Source of the DNA: an uncultured bacterium
Lineage (GTDB): Bacteria > Margulisbacteria > WOR-1 > CAVSGV01
Direction of reading: 5' to 3'
NCBI GenBank assembly: GCA_963768305.1
Contig: CAVYHE010000009.1
Location: 1-64,000 of the forward strand
DNA length: 64,000 nt
Shown here in pieces: positions 17,101 through 26,046 of this stretch. Made by a program: the position numbers and the translations under genes. Below the pieces are notes generated by a model. It was not told the DNA's origin. It did not search any database and saw only the letters and a list, made by a program, of their open reading frames with translations. Position 1 is the stretch's first letter; every line of letters starts with the position of its first letter.

Positions 17101-19307
17101 CTTTCCATTGCCGTCTGGAAACTTTCCAGGAGCACCTCGTCCGTAAGGTCCGAACCGACGCTGCCCTGGATGCCTGTCATTTCCATGTGAGTTATGCTCC
17201 TCATTTCCCTTAAAACTTTTCTTATGGACGCCTCCACGCTTTCGCTGATGAACCTCTGAACTTCCTTTGCGCGCGCGTCGGCTATATTCTGGTAATTCAC
17301 GGCTAAATTGCCGTCCCCAGTATTAACGATCCCGTAATTATCTGAAGACGAATTCAATAATCCGTTCAGAACGTCATCGGACAATGTTTCATCCACATCA
17401 AGATCGGCGTTATTGGTCTCTTCATACTGGTCCTTCTGGGCATACATATCCATCATGTTCGAATAATAGTTGCCTACTGTGCCCCCTACCAGGGGTATTA
17501 AATTGAACCAAAATGACGTATTGGCCGCATCTGACATCTGCTTGTACAAGCGCAGTTTTTGGTCCCTCTGGAACCGCAGGTTGTTCGCAACGTTCATGTC
17601 GCTCAGATACATGAACAGCTGGTTCATCACAAAAGCCTCGGAAGCCCTTGTCGCTTCAATGGCATAAGTGACCATGCTGGACGGCTCCCTGCCCCCTATT
17701 CCCGTCATTTCCATGTGGACCAGGTTCCTCATTTCCGCTATTGTATCCATGACAGAATTTGCGATCATGATCTGAACATCCTCTTCATTCACTGCCGCAA
17801 CAGAATTAGCGAATTTTATCGTGTCGAACGCGGATGAGCCCGCGTATGCCCCGTCTCCGGAATGCCCATCAGTCAGTGTTAACAGATAATTACCGACAGT
17901 CCAGTTATTCTGGATCTCCTGTATGGTCTGTTGGGCGTTTCGGGCCACGTTCAGCGCGATATTATCGACGTTATTAACGGCCCCTGTCGCCTGGAAAGGA
18001 TTGTTGTTAAGCGTCACCTGAACGCTTGTCCCGTTCGAAACGAATTCTACGCTCCCGTTAGACGAAACTTTGACATTTGCGCCGGAAGTTATAACTATTT
18101 TTCCGTTAGTCACCGACACGATCTTTCCGTCAACAACAAGCTGAACAGCGCCGCTGGCTGTCTTTATGTAAACGGTCTTGCCGTCCGCTGAGAGGGTAAC
18201 ATTGCCGCCCTGCGCCATTTGAATGCTTCCGTCAGAAAGGACAACTGTCTCATTCGGCGTCACCTGCACGCTTGTGCCGTTCGAGGCGACCGTTAGTGTC
18301 CCGTCAGACGCAACTTTGACATTCCCGCCGGAAGCGATAATTATATTTCCGTTGTTCACTTGCACGTTCACTCCGTCTACGGCAAGCTGAACTGTGCCGC
18401 TGGCTGTAGTTATGTACACGGTCTTGCCGTCCCCTGAGAGAGCAACATTGCCGCCCACCGTGAGCTGCATGCTTCCGTCGGCAAGCATATGCGTAACATT
18501 AGCCGATGTAATATCCGTTTCCCTGCCGGCCGGGTTGCCCGAAATGTCGGTCGGCTTGATATCCTGGAATTTATATTTCTCCGCCAAGCTTTTTCTTTCT
18601 TCCGCGATCTGAGAATTCACGTTCGCGCTTATCAGCCCGCCTATAAAACCTATCACCAGCGCAACGACTTCACAGATCGCTTCGCCCTCGCCCCCTAAAC
18701 AAACCCCGACGATGCCGACCAGATCAGCCACATAACCAATGACCGTGACCAATACCTGTTCCCATTCCAACGATTGCAGTTTATCGATCATTTCCCCGTT
18801 CTCTTGTATCTGAATCTGGTTGTACCTGATCTGATTCTTTATTTTAACTAATTCTTCCGTTTCATTTACCGCTTCATCGAACCATAACAGCGCCTCTTTG
18901 GCTTCGCTTTCGTTCATCTGCATCGCCGCGTCGGTGTTGGATTTTCTTCCGCCTACTCCCGTCATTTCCTCATGGACCAGGTTCCTCATGTCGCTCATCG
19001 TCTGTTTCGCGGCAAGAGCAGCTCTTATTGCGCCGTAGGCGCCGGACAGTTTTGCTCTCAGGGAATCAGCCAGGCTATAGTCCGGCTCAAGGTACGCGGG
19101 ATCGTCCGCCGTGCTTAAAGTATGGCGAGAAAGGGAAACGAGGCCGTTCACCGCGTTGTTTATTTCCTTGTTCGCCGAACCCATTACCCCGTCAAATGAA
19201 CTTCCTGAAACATTGGTCTCACAGGCGGCAAGCATGCTTTTTACGAAAGCCAGGTTCTGCGCCCCCTGAGCCTTATATGTGGTTTCAACGTTATCGATCT
19301 CGTCCAA
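14199..19307 (-). CDS. C-terminal part (1702 aa) of a giant protein: repeated helical modules with hydrophobic segments, beta-rich duplication, PQPATQAA linker, C-terminal coiled coil
   Basis: Very long ORF with no SD at its TTG; frame continues upstream into ORF 19322-22900 after a 1-nt shift. Confidence 0.85.
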   Translation of the reverse strand: MDEIDNVETTYKAQGAQNLAFVKSMLAACETNVSGSSFDGVMGSANKEINNAVNGLVSLSRHTLSTADDPAYLEPDYSLADSLRAKLSGAYGAIRAALAAKQTMSDMRNLVHEEMTGVGGRKSNTDAAMQMNESEAKEALLWFDEAVNETEELVKIKNQIRYNQIQIQENGEMIDKLQSLEWEQVLVTVIGYVADLVGIVGVCLGGEGEAICEVVALVIGFIGGLISANVNSQIAEERKSLAEKYKFQDIKPTDISGNPAGRETDITSANVTHMLADGSMQLTVGGNVALSGDGKTVYITTASGTVQLAVDGVNVQVNNGNIIIASGGNVKVASDGTLTVASNGTSVQVTPNETVVLSDGSIQMAQGGNVTLSADGKTVYIKTASGAVQLVVDGKIVSVTNGKIVITSGANVKVSSNGSVEFVSNGTSVQVTLNNNPFQATGAVNNVDNIALNVARNAQQTIQEIQNNWTVGNYLLTLTDGHSGDGAYAGSSAFDTIKFANSVAAVNEEDVQIMIANSVMDTIAEMRNLVHMEMTGIGGREPSSMVTYAIEATRASEAFVMNQLFMYLSDMNVANNLRFQRDQKLRLYKQMSDAANTSFWFNLIPLVGGTVGNYYSNMMDMYAQKDQYEETNNADLDVDETLSDDVLNGLLNSSSDNYGIVNTGDGNLAVNYQNIADARAKEVQRFISESVEASIRKVLREMRSITHMEMTGIQGSVGSDLTDEVLLESFQTAMESISMLTQYLSQKAEIANRVNDANLQINKLNSQINTSWVGIVVSVVVAAIVAYVTHGSVSWYSVVELASSAFNTIMTVFKTVTSWIEHTFAQDRAKDDMGGISNYLKLKETMDNSVDSVKSKLETLQQQCLDEINADLIQDMGAGFIGVNKGLSYQYKELIEKLYRGEKTRADISQTLRELRNIVNEAMTGISGISINTTQTVLNFMEQDIKAKIDDMFNKLEVACARWNQITEAERTALADEMQAWMDTISAAIQVVEFVISLTEAIQNENSQEASNYKAKQAEVSKAEKALKGAKATDTKSLDEVKSDLQAALNKAKADFNTAKSAYYTMANARSNNLKPLTYTLDALQVLTPMLFAYIEKAAMQDVQKNREAEVAGKGITKDVKTSKVVAENGMAGDFASFGATEEAMSGQISLDNDAAVKVSQSNSEITKIFNENLLQFWKGLEKETEAIGISEFKEHMQNVKNNAAQPYIKALNTFKDRLDGVKVDGKPLSEKQKSAVMKIYKDSKTDQDLFSKKIGELKVDGKNLTQKATDQIMKAYKDAIAEAKPAKEAPAKTTSKPSAIPGQQPATQAAPQPATQAAPQPATQAAPQAATPAHQVQAAQSPVSPAQANKAETKLMNAIVKLENLKTKAAEKLALIKELIPAAKTTAHMKPETVKAAKKALRDALVQAKEIKHDVANISKEVNNVKEALKASKAAAGLAIQASSSVTPPSAGKTEQQQSANSSPVLQRLDALLKSVSEMIEQTNAALSAVTDLDAQLNLNTVAKSSAEKQKLDLPTLKDLLKQLQDNLADIGRKLAVEKANLVKITQTEIPALIKLSAAAKEEIETLIQKRNKEIEKDNKTIKDLKMLAANQPDKKGLIDKHLRQLNGKRNKEYQSLDELKIAESAIQYARKQNNEKIVAGKSRIQELQEEKQATQQDIKGIQVALGQLENKESNKEEAGKNINVSLDPMAFALSKNAVKV
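15313..15396. repeat. 24-bp tandem repeat x3.5 encoding (PQPATQAA)n
   Basis: Unit GTTGCAGGCTGTGGCGCAGCTTGA. Confidence 0.9.
18010..18495. repeat. 246-bp (82-aa) imperfect tandem duplication of a beta-rich unit
   Basis: L.DGS.Q...GGNV.LS.DGKTVYI.TASG.VQL.VDG....SNGTSVQVT occurs twice; GCTTCCGTC at 18225 and 18471. Confidence 0.9.
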
Positions 19308-19321
19308 TCTTTTATTCTCAT

Positions 19322-22300
19322 CTATAAGGACCTCTTCTCCCTGGTATCAACCCAGAACCTGGACCACCAGGATTCTCCTTCAATGGCGGCTTCATCAACC
19401 TGATACTTTTTGTTTATCGCACTCTCTTCTTTTGCCTTTTCCGCGTCATTAAGCGACTGGACGGCCTGCATCATGTCCGACAATAATCCCTGAATAAATT
19501 CGTTCCCCACGATATACCCCATCATTTTTTCCACTCTTTTCGCGAATAATTTATAAATATTCATTCCCTTGTATCCGTCGCTTTCGCCGCCGTCAAGCTC
19601 CTGCTCGACCAGTCCCCTCAGGTCCCTCCACGCTTCATAAAGGATCGCATACGCTATCAGCGTCCCTTCCAGATGCTTCGCTTTGTTCATTATGCTGAAC
19701 GGATTGGCCGGATTAAATGCGGGGTTGTTCTTATTCACCGAATAAGTGTAATAAGTGTTCCCGTCCTTAGCTACATACGGCGTCTTTATCAAATAGCTGG
19801 CGCCGTATTGCGAAGAAATATAATCAATTTGATCTGTCGCCAAATAATCCGCGGCAGTTACGCCGGGATTCTCTGCAATAACAGTTTGCGCGTCCGCTAT
19901 CGCCTGCTTAATGCCCTTGACCAAGTTCGCGTTTCCCTCGGTCCCATCTGCCCAAGGATGGATAGGGTAATTTACTTCATAATAATAATAATCGCCAAAA
20001 AATTCACCGTAGAGAGTGGGGGTGCCAGACATGATCGCAGTCCCCGTCTTTGAATTCCATCCATTGGAGATCCTGCAAAAGGAAACTATATAAGGAACAT
20101 TTGCACTATGATTATCTCCATCAGGTAATATCACTACATTATTTATAAATTGGCCTGTGGGGCTGACAAGAGTTCCGATCCATCCGTTATTATTGACAAT
20201 ATCATTATATAATCCGACGCCATAGTCTCCGTTGCTCAGTTTAAAAACAGCATACGGATATAAAGTTTCATTGTAAGGTTGACCATTCCATGTATTACTT
20301 TTAATTATTATGGCCCCATTACCAGTAAACATGCCCGTGTTACAGGTCGGATCATAAGCATACGTTAGCTGCGGGCATTCATTACTAAGCTGGTAATCAT
20401 CGGCATTCCTGCAATAAGATGACAGTAAAAGTTGTTGATTGGAAACTATGGTATTTTCACATAACATCAATTTCCCCTTTAGTTCATTCAGCAAAGTTGC
20501 ACTGTTAGAGCTCGGAAAGCCGAACTCATGTTGATACTGGATAAGCAGCGTATATTCATTTGCTAAAGCGGTTTGCAGGGCAATCAGGTAAGGTTCCGCT
20601 AGTTGTAAACCTGTATTGATATTCCAATATTTGACCTCTTGACCGGGATCAGCGAACTTCACTACATCCTTCGCAGCATAATAAGCATTTATCTGTTGTG
20701 CGGTTAACACTGTGTGATTGCTTACCAAAGCCCCTGTGGCATAATCATAAACTCCGGAAACTCCTATGCCCGCATCAGTATAGTTGGTTAATGCGCCTGC
20801 ATGATCAGCCATATAATTGTCATAAGCGAGCTGCGCCTGCTCCACAAGCGCTTCGGCGTTCAATATCTCCATCGCAGAGTCTATCTCTACCACCGTCAGG
20901 TCAAGTGTCTTCATTTCCGATTCCGCCCCGCTCATCATGCTGTACAAGGCTACGACAAAGTTAGTTGTAGTTCCCATGCTGCTCGTATACTCTGAATAAT
21001 ATTTGCCCGCTTGCGCCAGCTGGTCATTAGCGCTCTTCAGGTCGTTCAGAAGCGAATATTGCGTAGCGAGCGTGCCCGCGTCACTCACGCAGGTCTGCAG
21101 ATATGCTTTATGTTCGATCGCGTCGAAGTAATTTGTATGCCTTTCTATATAGTCATTATAGCCATCATTGACGGTATAGCCGTACGATATACGATATCCC
21201 ATGGCGGACAAGGTTTGGATCTCCTGTAGGGTAAAACCATCGTGGGGCGTAAAAGTCTTTGACATGCCATACGCATCAGATGCTTGATATATCGGATTTG
21301 TCATCTTACTTTTTATTATTGGGTCATTGCCGAAATAGGTCATTTGCACAGTAAACGCGACCGAATATCCTTTAGCGATAAGAAAATCTATATCCGCCGC
21401 GGAATATTGTGTGTTGAGAGCCCCGTCACCGTTGCTTTTTTTGCTAGTTCCATCTATAACAGTAACCCAGTTCACAGGCACAAGCTGGCCTGTTTTAGGG
21501 TCTGTTTGATAAATTGTTACGCCGCTAATGGGCCAACCGCCGGTATAATTATTTTGTTCAGTGCCGCCCCCGCAAAAATATGCTGATAAAACACCAGTAT
21601 TAGTATTATTACTAACGTATGGGACTGTGGTATATTCGCCGTCATTCTGTACGCCTCCAAACGAGGTCACACCATTGACATAATTGCTATAGTCTGTTTG
21701 AGCCTTGGTAAAAGCACTTGTTGCAAGAGCGAGTGTGGTGTTGCCGCTGAGATTTAATGAGCCGAAAACCACAGAGCTGCCGTTTTCGCCCGTCACATTG
21801 CGGGTGAAATTCGTTGCGAAAATAGTGTTGTTCGTCTTGTCACTCTTTTGGGCATTTGCTATCCAGGCGGTAACCGCTGTCTGGATATCCTTTTTCACAA
21901 TGGGGATCTCAGTGGCGGCCAACGCGGCAGCACCCGAGATATTGCCGCTATTAAGCAAACCGACGACCCCGTTGGTGCCGTATATCTGGTAATAATCAGA
22001 GGTGCCGGTGCTCGCCAGCCCGAGCGCGGTGAAGATCGCAAGCTGAAGGAAGGATTTCGCGGAAGTAAGGAAATTGTCCGCGGCATCCGCGTAATCCTGA
22101 TAAGTGTAAGTAACTCCGGGAGCAACGCAATAATTATGCGCTTGCAGATATGTTATCGCTTCCTGGTAGCAGGTTACGCGGGTGTTATAAACGCCGCCGG
22201 ACGCACTTTTAACATTTTGACCAAGATAAGAATAATTGGGGTCCGCATATAAGACCGTGTGGCCCGCGGCTATCTGGGTCTGTATCGTTTGCGCGCTTTC

Positions 22301-22900
22301 AGTATAAGCAACGCCGTCAACCGTTACCTTTATGTCGGCCGTTCCATACTGGTCCACGTAAGTATCCATGGAATTAGCAACATCCAGGGTCGTTATGCAG
22401 TCGCTCACATTCGGACCGAGCTGAGACCAGTCAAAACTGGGATTGAAACTAAAAATATCCAGATTTGAGACCTGAGTTAATATGTTCTGCTTGGCGATCG
22501 CCCCGTTGACGGCCGTTTGCAGCGCTGTAAGCACATTGCTTATATTTGCTTCCGTCGTGGGATCCAAAACCGTGGCGGCTTGCAGCACGCTCATAAGCCC
22601 GCCGGCGCCGAACACATCGTTATAATAATTATGGTGCGGATCATTCCAGGAAACATAATAATCGGTCAGCCCAAGCTGGGTCCATATAGCAAGCTGAAGG
22701 TTCGTTGCCGCTGCAGTCGCGTTATTATCCGCAGCTGTCAGGTAATCCTCATAAGCGGGAGTGCCGCTTAACGCGAGTTTTTTGGTCGCGACAGTGTAGT
22801 TCCACAAGCGAGAGCTATAAGTATGATCACTATCTGAAGTTGAAAGAGGTTTACCATCCTTATATGTGTATGTGACCGTGGGTCCGCTTGTTGCCATCAT
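19322..22900 (-). CDS. Middle part (1192 aa) of the giant protein, Tyr/Thr/Asn/Gly-rich
   Basis: Long ORF whose repeat unit (YKDG..STSDSDH..S.R) matches the upstream 445-aa ORF; no SD. Confidence 0.85.
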   Translation of the reverse strand: MMATSGPTVTYTYKDGKPLSTSDSDHTYSSRLWNYTVATKKLALSGTPAYEDYLTAADNNATAAATNLQLAIWTQLGLTDYYVSWNDPHHNYYNDVFGAGGLMSVLQAATVLDPTTEANISNVLTALQTAVNGAIAKQNILTQVSNLDIFSFNPSFDWSQLGPNVSDCITTLDVANSMDTYVDQYGTADIKVTVDGVAYTESAQTIQTQIAAGHTVLYADPNYSYLGQNVKSASGGVYNTRVTCYQEAITYLQAHNYCVAPGVTYTYQDYADAADNFLTSAKSFLQLAIFTALGLASTGTSDYYQIYGTNGVVGLLNSGNISGAAALAATEIPIVKKDIQTAVTAWIANAQKSDKTNNTIFATNFTRNVTGENGSSVVFGSLNLSGNTTLALATSAFTKAQTDYSNYVNGVTSFGGVQNDGEYTTVPYVSNNTNTGVLSAYFCGGGTEQNNYTGGWPISGVTIYQTDPKTGQLVPVNWVTVIDGTSKKSNGDGALNTQYSAADIDFLIAKGYSVAFTVQMTYFGNDPIIKSKMTNPIYQASDAYGMSKTFTPHDGFTLQEIQTLSAMGYRISYGYTVNDGYNDYIERHTNYFDAIEHKAYLQTCVSDAGTLATQYSLLNDLKSANDQLAQAGKYYSEYTSSMGTTTNFVVALYSMMSGAESEMKTLDLTVVEIDSAMEILNAEALVEQAQLAYDNYMADHAGALTNYTDAGIGVSGVYDYATGALVSNHTVLTAQQINAYYAAKDVVKFADPGQEVKYWNINTGLQLAEPYLIALQTALANEYTLLIQYQHEFGFPSSNSATLLNELKGKLMLCENTIVSNQQLLLSSYCRNADDYQLSNECPQLTYAYDPTCNTGMFTGNGAIIIKSNTWNGQPYNETLYPYAVFKLSNGDYGVGLYNDIVNNNGWIGTLVSPTGQFINNVVILPDGDNHSANVPYIVSFCRISNGWNSKTGTAIMSGTPTLYGEFFGDYYYYEVNYPIHPWADGTEGNANLVKGIKQAIADAQTVIAENPGVTAADYLATDQIDYISSQYGASYLIKTPYVAKDGNTYYTYSVNKNNPAFNPANPFSIMNKAKHLEGTLIAYAILYEAWRDLRGLVEQELDGGESDGYKGMNIYKLFAKRVEKMMGYIVGNEFIQGLLSDMMQAVQSLNDAEKAKEESAINKKYQVDEAAIEGESWWSRFWVDTREKRSL

Positions 22901-22926
22901 TTTTTGAAGATCTTTCGCGCTTATGG

Positions 22927-24264
22927 TCAGATCCTTGTAATTGTAGTACGTTCCCCCCCGGCGACAGGTGTCCCCGTTGTGACCGTTATCTCTATGTCCG
23001 CCTCGTCAAATTCCGTTATGCTCGTGATGAAGCCGTTCGCGGCATTCAACGCGGTAATATCAGCCGGAACATCTCCTCCCAGTGAAACCGCCAGTTCATA
23101 TTCCGACTCGCGGGTACTGAAAATATGATCACTATCTGAGGTTGTGATAGGGTCCCCATCCTCATATTTGACCGTGCAGCCTCCGTCTATCCTGGCCTGT
23201 ATCCATTGCGCGCTTTCGGTAACATCCGATGTACCTGTGTAGTTGGTACCGGTATTCTTATCCGTGCCGGAAACCGTCACATCTATGTCAGCCAGGTCAT
23301 AGTCCCCTAAAATAGTGATCAGGTCATTAAGTTCCAGATCAGTAGTAATATTTTGGATGCATTGATACGTCCCCTCAAGCGCATCCGCGTAAGTGGAATA
23401 ATTAAGGATCTCGGGCAATCCTATATTGGTCGTGGGGACCGTGATCAGCGCAGTGGAGAATTTAGAATAATCGTAATTTTTATCAAAAAGATCCACGCCC
23501 TCGGAGTTATAGCTGAAAAGCTCGATCTTCGAGCTGCCTATGGAGTTTGATCTTGTGCCTGCGGTCGGATCAAAATATTCAACAGAACCGTCATTCCCCG
23601 TGAACTGGACTATAACATGGCCAACCAGGGCATTTGGATCCACAACGACAACGCAGGAGATCTTTTTATTTGCTTCGTCCAGCGTCAACCCTTTATCCAT
23701 CAGCGCCGCTATGGAAAGGCTGGCCGCCAGGTTCGCCAGGTCTTCGCAGTCGCCGCCGCCGTCCTGTATCGTTTGTGAAACCAGATTCCAGTGGTCAGTG
23801 CCGGATGGATCGGCTATATACGAAAAATGCGTGTGAACATAGTTGTTAATGGCGGAAACGATCTGTTCATCGGTCATGCCGCTCGTGATGATCCCTTCCG
23901 CTTTCAGCTGGGCAAGGAGCTGCTTTATGCAGGATGCTGAAGGATCGATATACTGCTCCGCGCCTTCAACTTTATTTATAGAGTCCATATCGTCAGGGTC
24001 TGAAACTATGTTATTGGACTGAACATCGCTCTGGATATAATTCGAGGATTGATCCTGCTCGACCGCGGATCCGGTGGCCACCTGCGAAGTGGAAACGCCG
24101 TTCGATACCGCGACATTGTCGATCCCGATTGAAGCGGATGGATCAAATACAGACGGGACATCAGAAGCTATATAGGAGGGGGAGACAGAAGCGCCGCCGG
24201 CGATATCGTTAGTATCATCGACTTTTTGAGTATTGGTTAATTGCTGTATGTTTATGTCTGTCAT
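22927..24264 (-). CDS. N-terminal part (445 aa) of the giant protein, with a transglutaminase-like cysteine peptidase domain
   Basis: INNYVH..FSYIADPSGTDHW..QTIQDGGGDCEDLA..GHVIV..YFDPT (Cys-His-Asp); SD and promoter copy 5. Confidence 0.85.
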   Translation of the reverse strand: MTDINIQQLTNTQKVDDTNDIAGGASVSPSYIASDVPSVFDPSASIGIDNVAVSNGVSTSQVATGSAVEQDQSSNYIQSDVQSNNIVSDPDDMDSINKVEGAEQYIDPSASCIKQLLAQLKAEGIITSGMTDEQIVSAINNYVHTHFSYIADPSGTDHWNLVSQTIQDGGGDCEDLANLAASLSIAALMDKGLTLDEANKKISCVVVVDPNALVGHVIVQFTGNDGSVEYFDPTAGTRSNSIGSSKIELFSYNSEGVDLFDKNYDYSKFSTALITVPTTNIGLPEILNYSTYADALEGTYQCIQNITTDLELNDLITILGDYDLADIDVTVSGTDKNTGTNYTGTSDVTESAQWIQARIDGGCTVKYEDGDPITTSDSDHIFSTRESEYELAVSLGGDVPADITALNAANGFITSITEFDEADIEITVTTGTPVAGGERTTITRI

Positions 24265-24288
24265 TTTTGCTTCCCTTTACACTATATA

Positions 24289-24316
24289 TATCGGGAGAAT
24301 AGGGGTAAAACTTGCA
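24289..24316 (-). promoter_or_regulatory. sigma28-like promoter, copy 5
   Basis: Minus strand TGCAAGTTT-N14-CGATA upstream of ATG 24264. Confidence 0.75.
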
Positions 24317-24381
24317 TGGAAAATAAGAGAAATTGGGCTTAAAAAAGGCCTGAAAAACGGGGAAAAGGGCGTGAGGCGGGA

Positions 24382-25797
24382 CTATTTGGTATCAACAGGC
24401 TTAGGTTGCAGGCGCGAGCTTGCCGCAACTTCTTTCGCGGCGTCTTTCTCGGCTTTAACCTTATCCACTTTTTCAACTTCTGTGGCGACTATCTTGGGAT
24501 CGCCTCTGAGCCATTTGATATGTGCCTTTAAGGAGCCTTCCGGGCCGTAAACAGGAACGTTGTTCCACCTGCCAGGTTGCATGCCATAGTCATCCACGAT
24601 GGTCGAGAGGAACGCCTTCATGACATCCTTGTCCTTGATATTCACTTTATAGAGATCCGATTCCCGCCCGCCCTGCTCCTCCAGCAGAGAAGCCAGCCCG
24701 ACCTCCCCGCTCAAAGTGGCAAGACCTGCCATGCACATGATATTTTTCGCATTGTCATTGTTTTTTCCCTTAATAGTCGCCGAATTATCTGGGTTCTCTA
24801 ATATCCTTAGTTGAGGATTATTTAATTCGAAATATTGCAAATATTGGACCAACATGGTTTTTTCATAGCCGTGAAGATAATTGTACGGGTCTTTCGTGCC
24901 GCCAGCCGTCTGGGCTTTTCCATCATGATTTCTTTCTAAAATTATTTCACTGACAAATTTCGCTAGGTCCTTATAATCTTCCTCTATATTCTTCAAAAGA
25001 GCCTTTTTATCCTCATCGCTCAAGGTCGCATCTGCCTTTACGTTCTTGATCGCCAGATCGCGCATGGATATTGCTACCTTCGCCGCCATGATGCTTTTCG
25101 GCACAAGGAAGAATTTTTTGGCGGCAAAAAGCTGGAGCATTTTTCCGGCCTTATTTGAGGATACTGTGCCTGCAAAAACAAGAACCTCGTTCTTTGTTTT
25201 GTCCACGAATGTTGCAAGCGAAATGTCGTCCGTTTCAGGATCGTATCCCCCGCTCTGGTCCCCGTATAACACGTCAAAGGCATTGTCAGTGACATCCCTT
25301 ACGGAAGTTCCGCTGAACATTTTCTCGAAGAAACCCATATCTTTATGGATAGCGTTTATCAGGGACTTAACACCTGCGGGGTTCATCCTGATCTGCGACA
25401 GGATATCAAAGTCAGGGGAGTTTTTAAAAGAAAATCTAAGATCCTTATGTTTCCCTTGCGCATTCTCTTCAGCGTCTATCTGAATATCTATCCGATTTGC
25501 AAGCCATTGTCTGATGTGGCCTGTATCGAATTCCGGCAGATCCAACATATCGAAAATAACCTGCTCTTCCGTTTTAAGGGTCATAATGGACGATGCGACA
25601 ACATCTTTATTGAAACCATTGTCCAGCATTTTCCGGATCGGTTTATCGTATGCTTTCATGAGGGAATCGGCCATACTGTCGCCGTATTTTATCGCAAGGT
25701 CGGTCCTTATCAATGCTATCTTGTCATTGGAAGTAAGCTTTGACGGCAAGACATATGAAGCATCTGTTTTTTTATCAACTGTTTGTAGAGGAACCAT
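24382..25797 (-). CDS. Hypothetical protein (471 aa)
   Basis: Long ORF with AAGGA SD; third gene of an operon. Confidence 0.8.
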   Translation of the reverse strand: MVPLQTVDKKTDASYVLPSKLTSNDKIALIRTDLAIKYGDSMADSLMKAYDKPIRKMLDNGFNKDVVASSIMTLKTEEQVIFDMLDLPEFDTGHIRQWLANRIDIQIDAEENAQGKHKDLRFSFKNSPDFDILSQIRMNPAGVKSLINAIHKDMGFFEKMFSGTSVRDVTDNAFDVLYGDQSGGYDPETDDISLATFVDKTKNEVLVFAGTVSSNKAGKMLQLFAAKKFFLVPKSIMAAKVAISMRDLAIKNVKADATLSDEDKKALLKNIEEDYKDLAKFVSEIILERNHDGKAQTAGGTKDPYNYLHGYEKTMLVQYLQYFELNNPQLRILENPDNSATIKGKNNDNAKNIMCMAGLATLSGEVGLASLLEEQGGRESDLYKVNIKDKDVMKAFLSTIVDDYGMQPGRWNNVPVYGPEGSLKAHIKWLRGDPKIVATEVEKVDKVKAEKDAAKEVAASSRLQPKPVDTK

Positions 25798-25803
25798 GTC
25801 GAT

Positions 25804-26046
25804 CTATCCTTTTTTTAAGAACTTATTCTTCTCGCTCAGCTTCTTTTCCAGTTGTTCCGCTTTTTCCGCGAATTTTGCTTTTAATCCGGTTAATTCCTGT
25901 TCAAGCTCTTTTTTCCTGTTCTGGTATTTTTTTAATTCGGCGTAATATCTGGCCAGAGAATAAAAATAGTATCCGGCAATGACTATAAAAAGAAGAATAG
26001 CCCACCAGGCATGCTCTATGAATTCAATTATTATTTGTGTTGTCAT
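25804..26046 (-). CDS. Small membrane protein (one TM plus coiled coil, 80 aa)
   Basis: AWWAILLFIVIAGYYFYSL followed by a charged helix; ATGA overlap with upstream gene. Confidence 0.7.
   Translation of the reverse strand: MTTQIIIEFIEHAWWAILLFIVIAGYYFYSLARYYAELKKYQNRKKELEQELTGLKAKFAEKAEQLEKKLSEKNKFLKKG

Noticed and set aside
14199..24264. Prophage tape-measure/tail gene, or RTX/CdiA/Rhs toxin
   Set aside because: No phage hallmark genes, GGxGxD nonapeptides, TPS signal/partner or YD repeats recognisable in the window.
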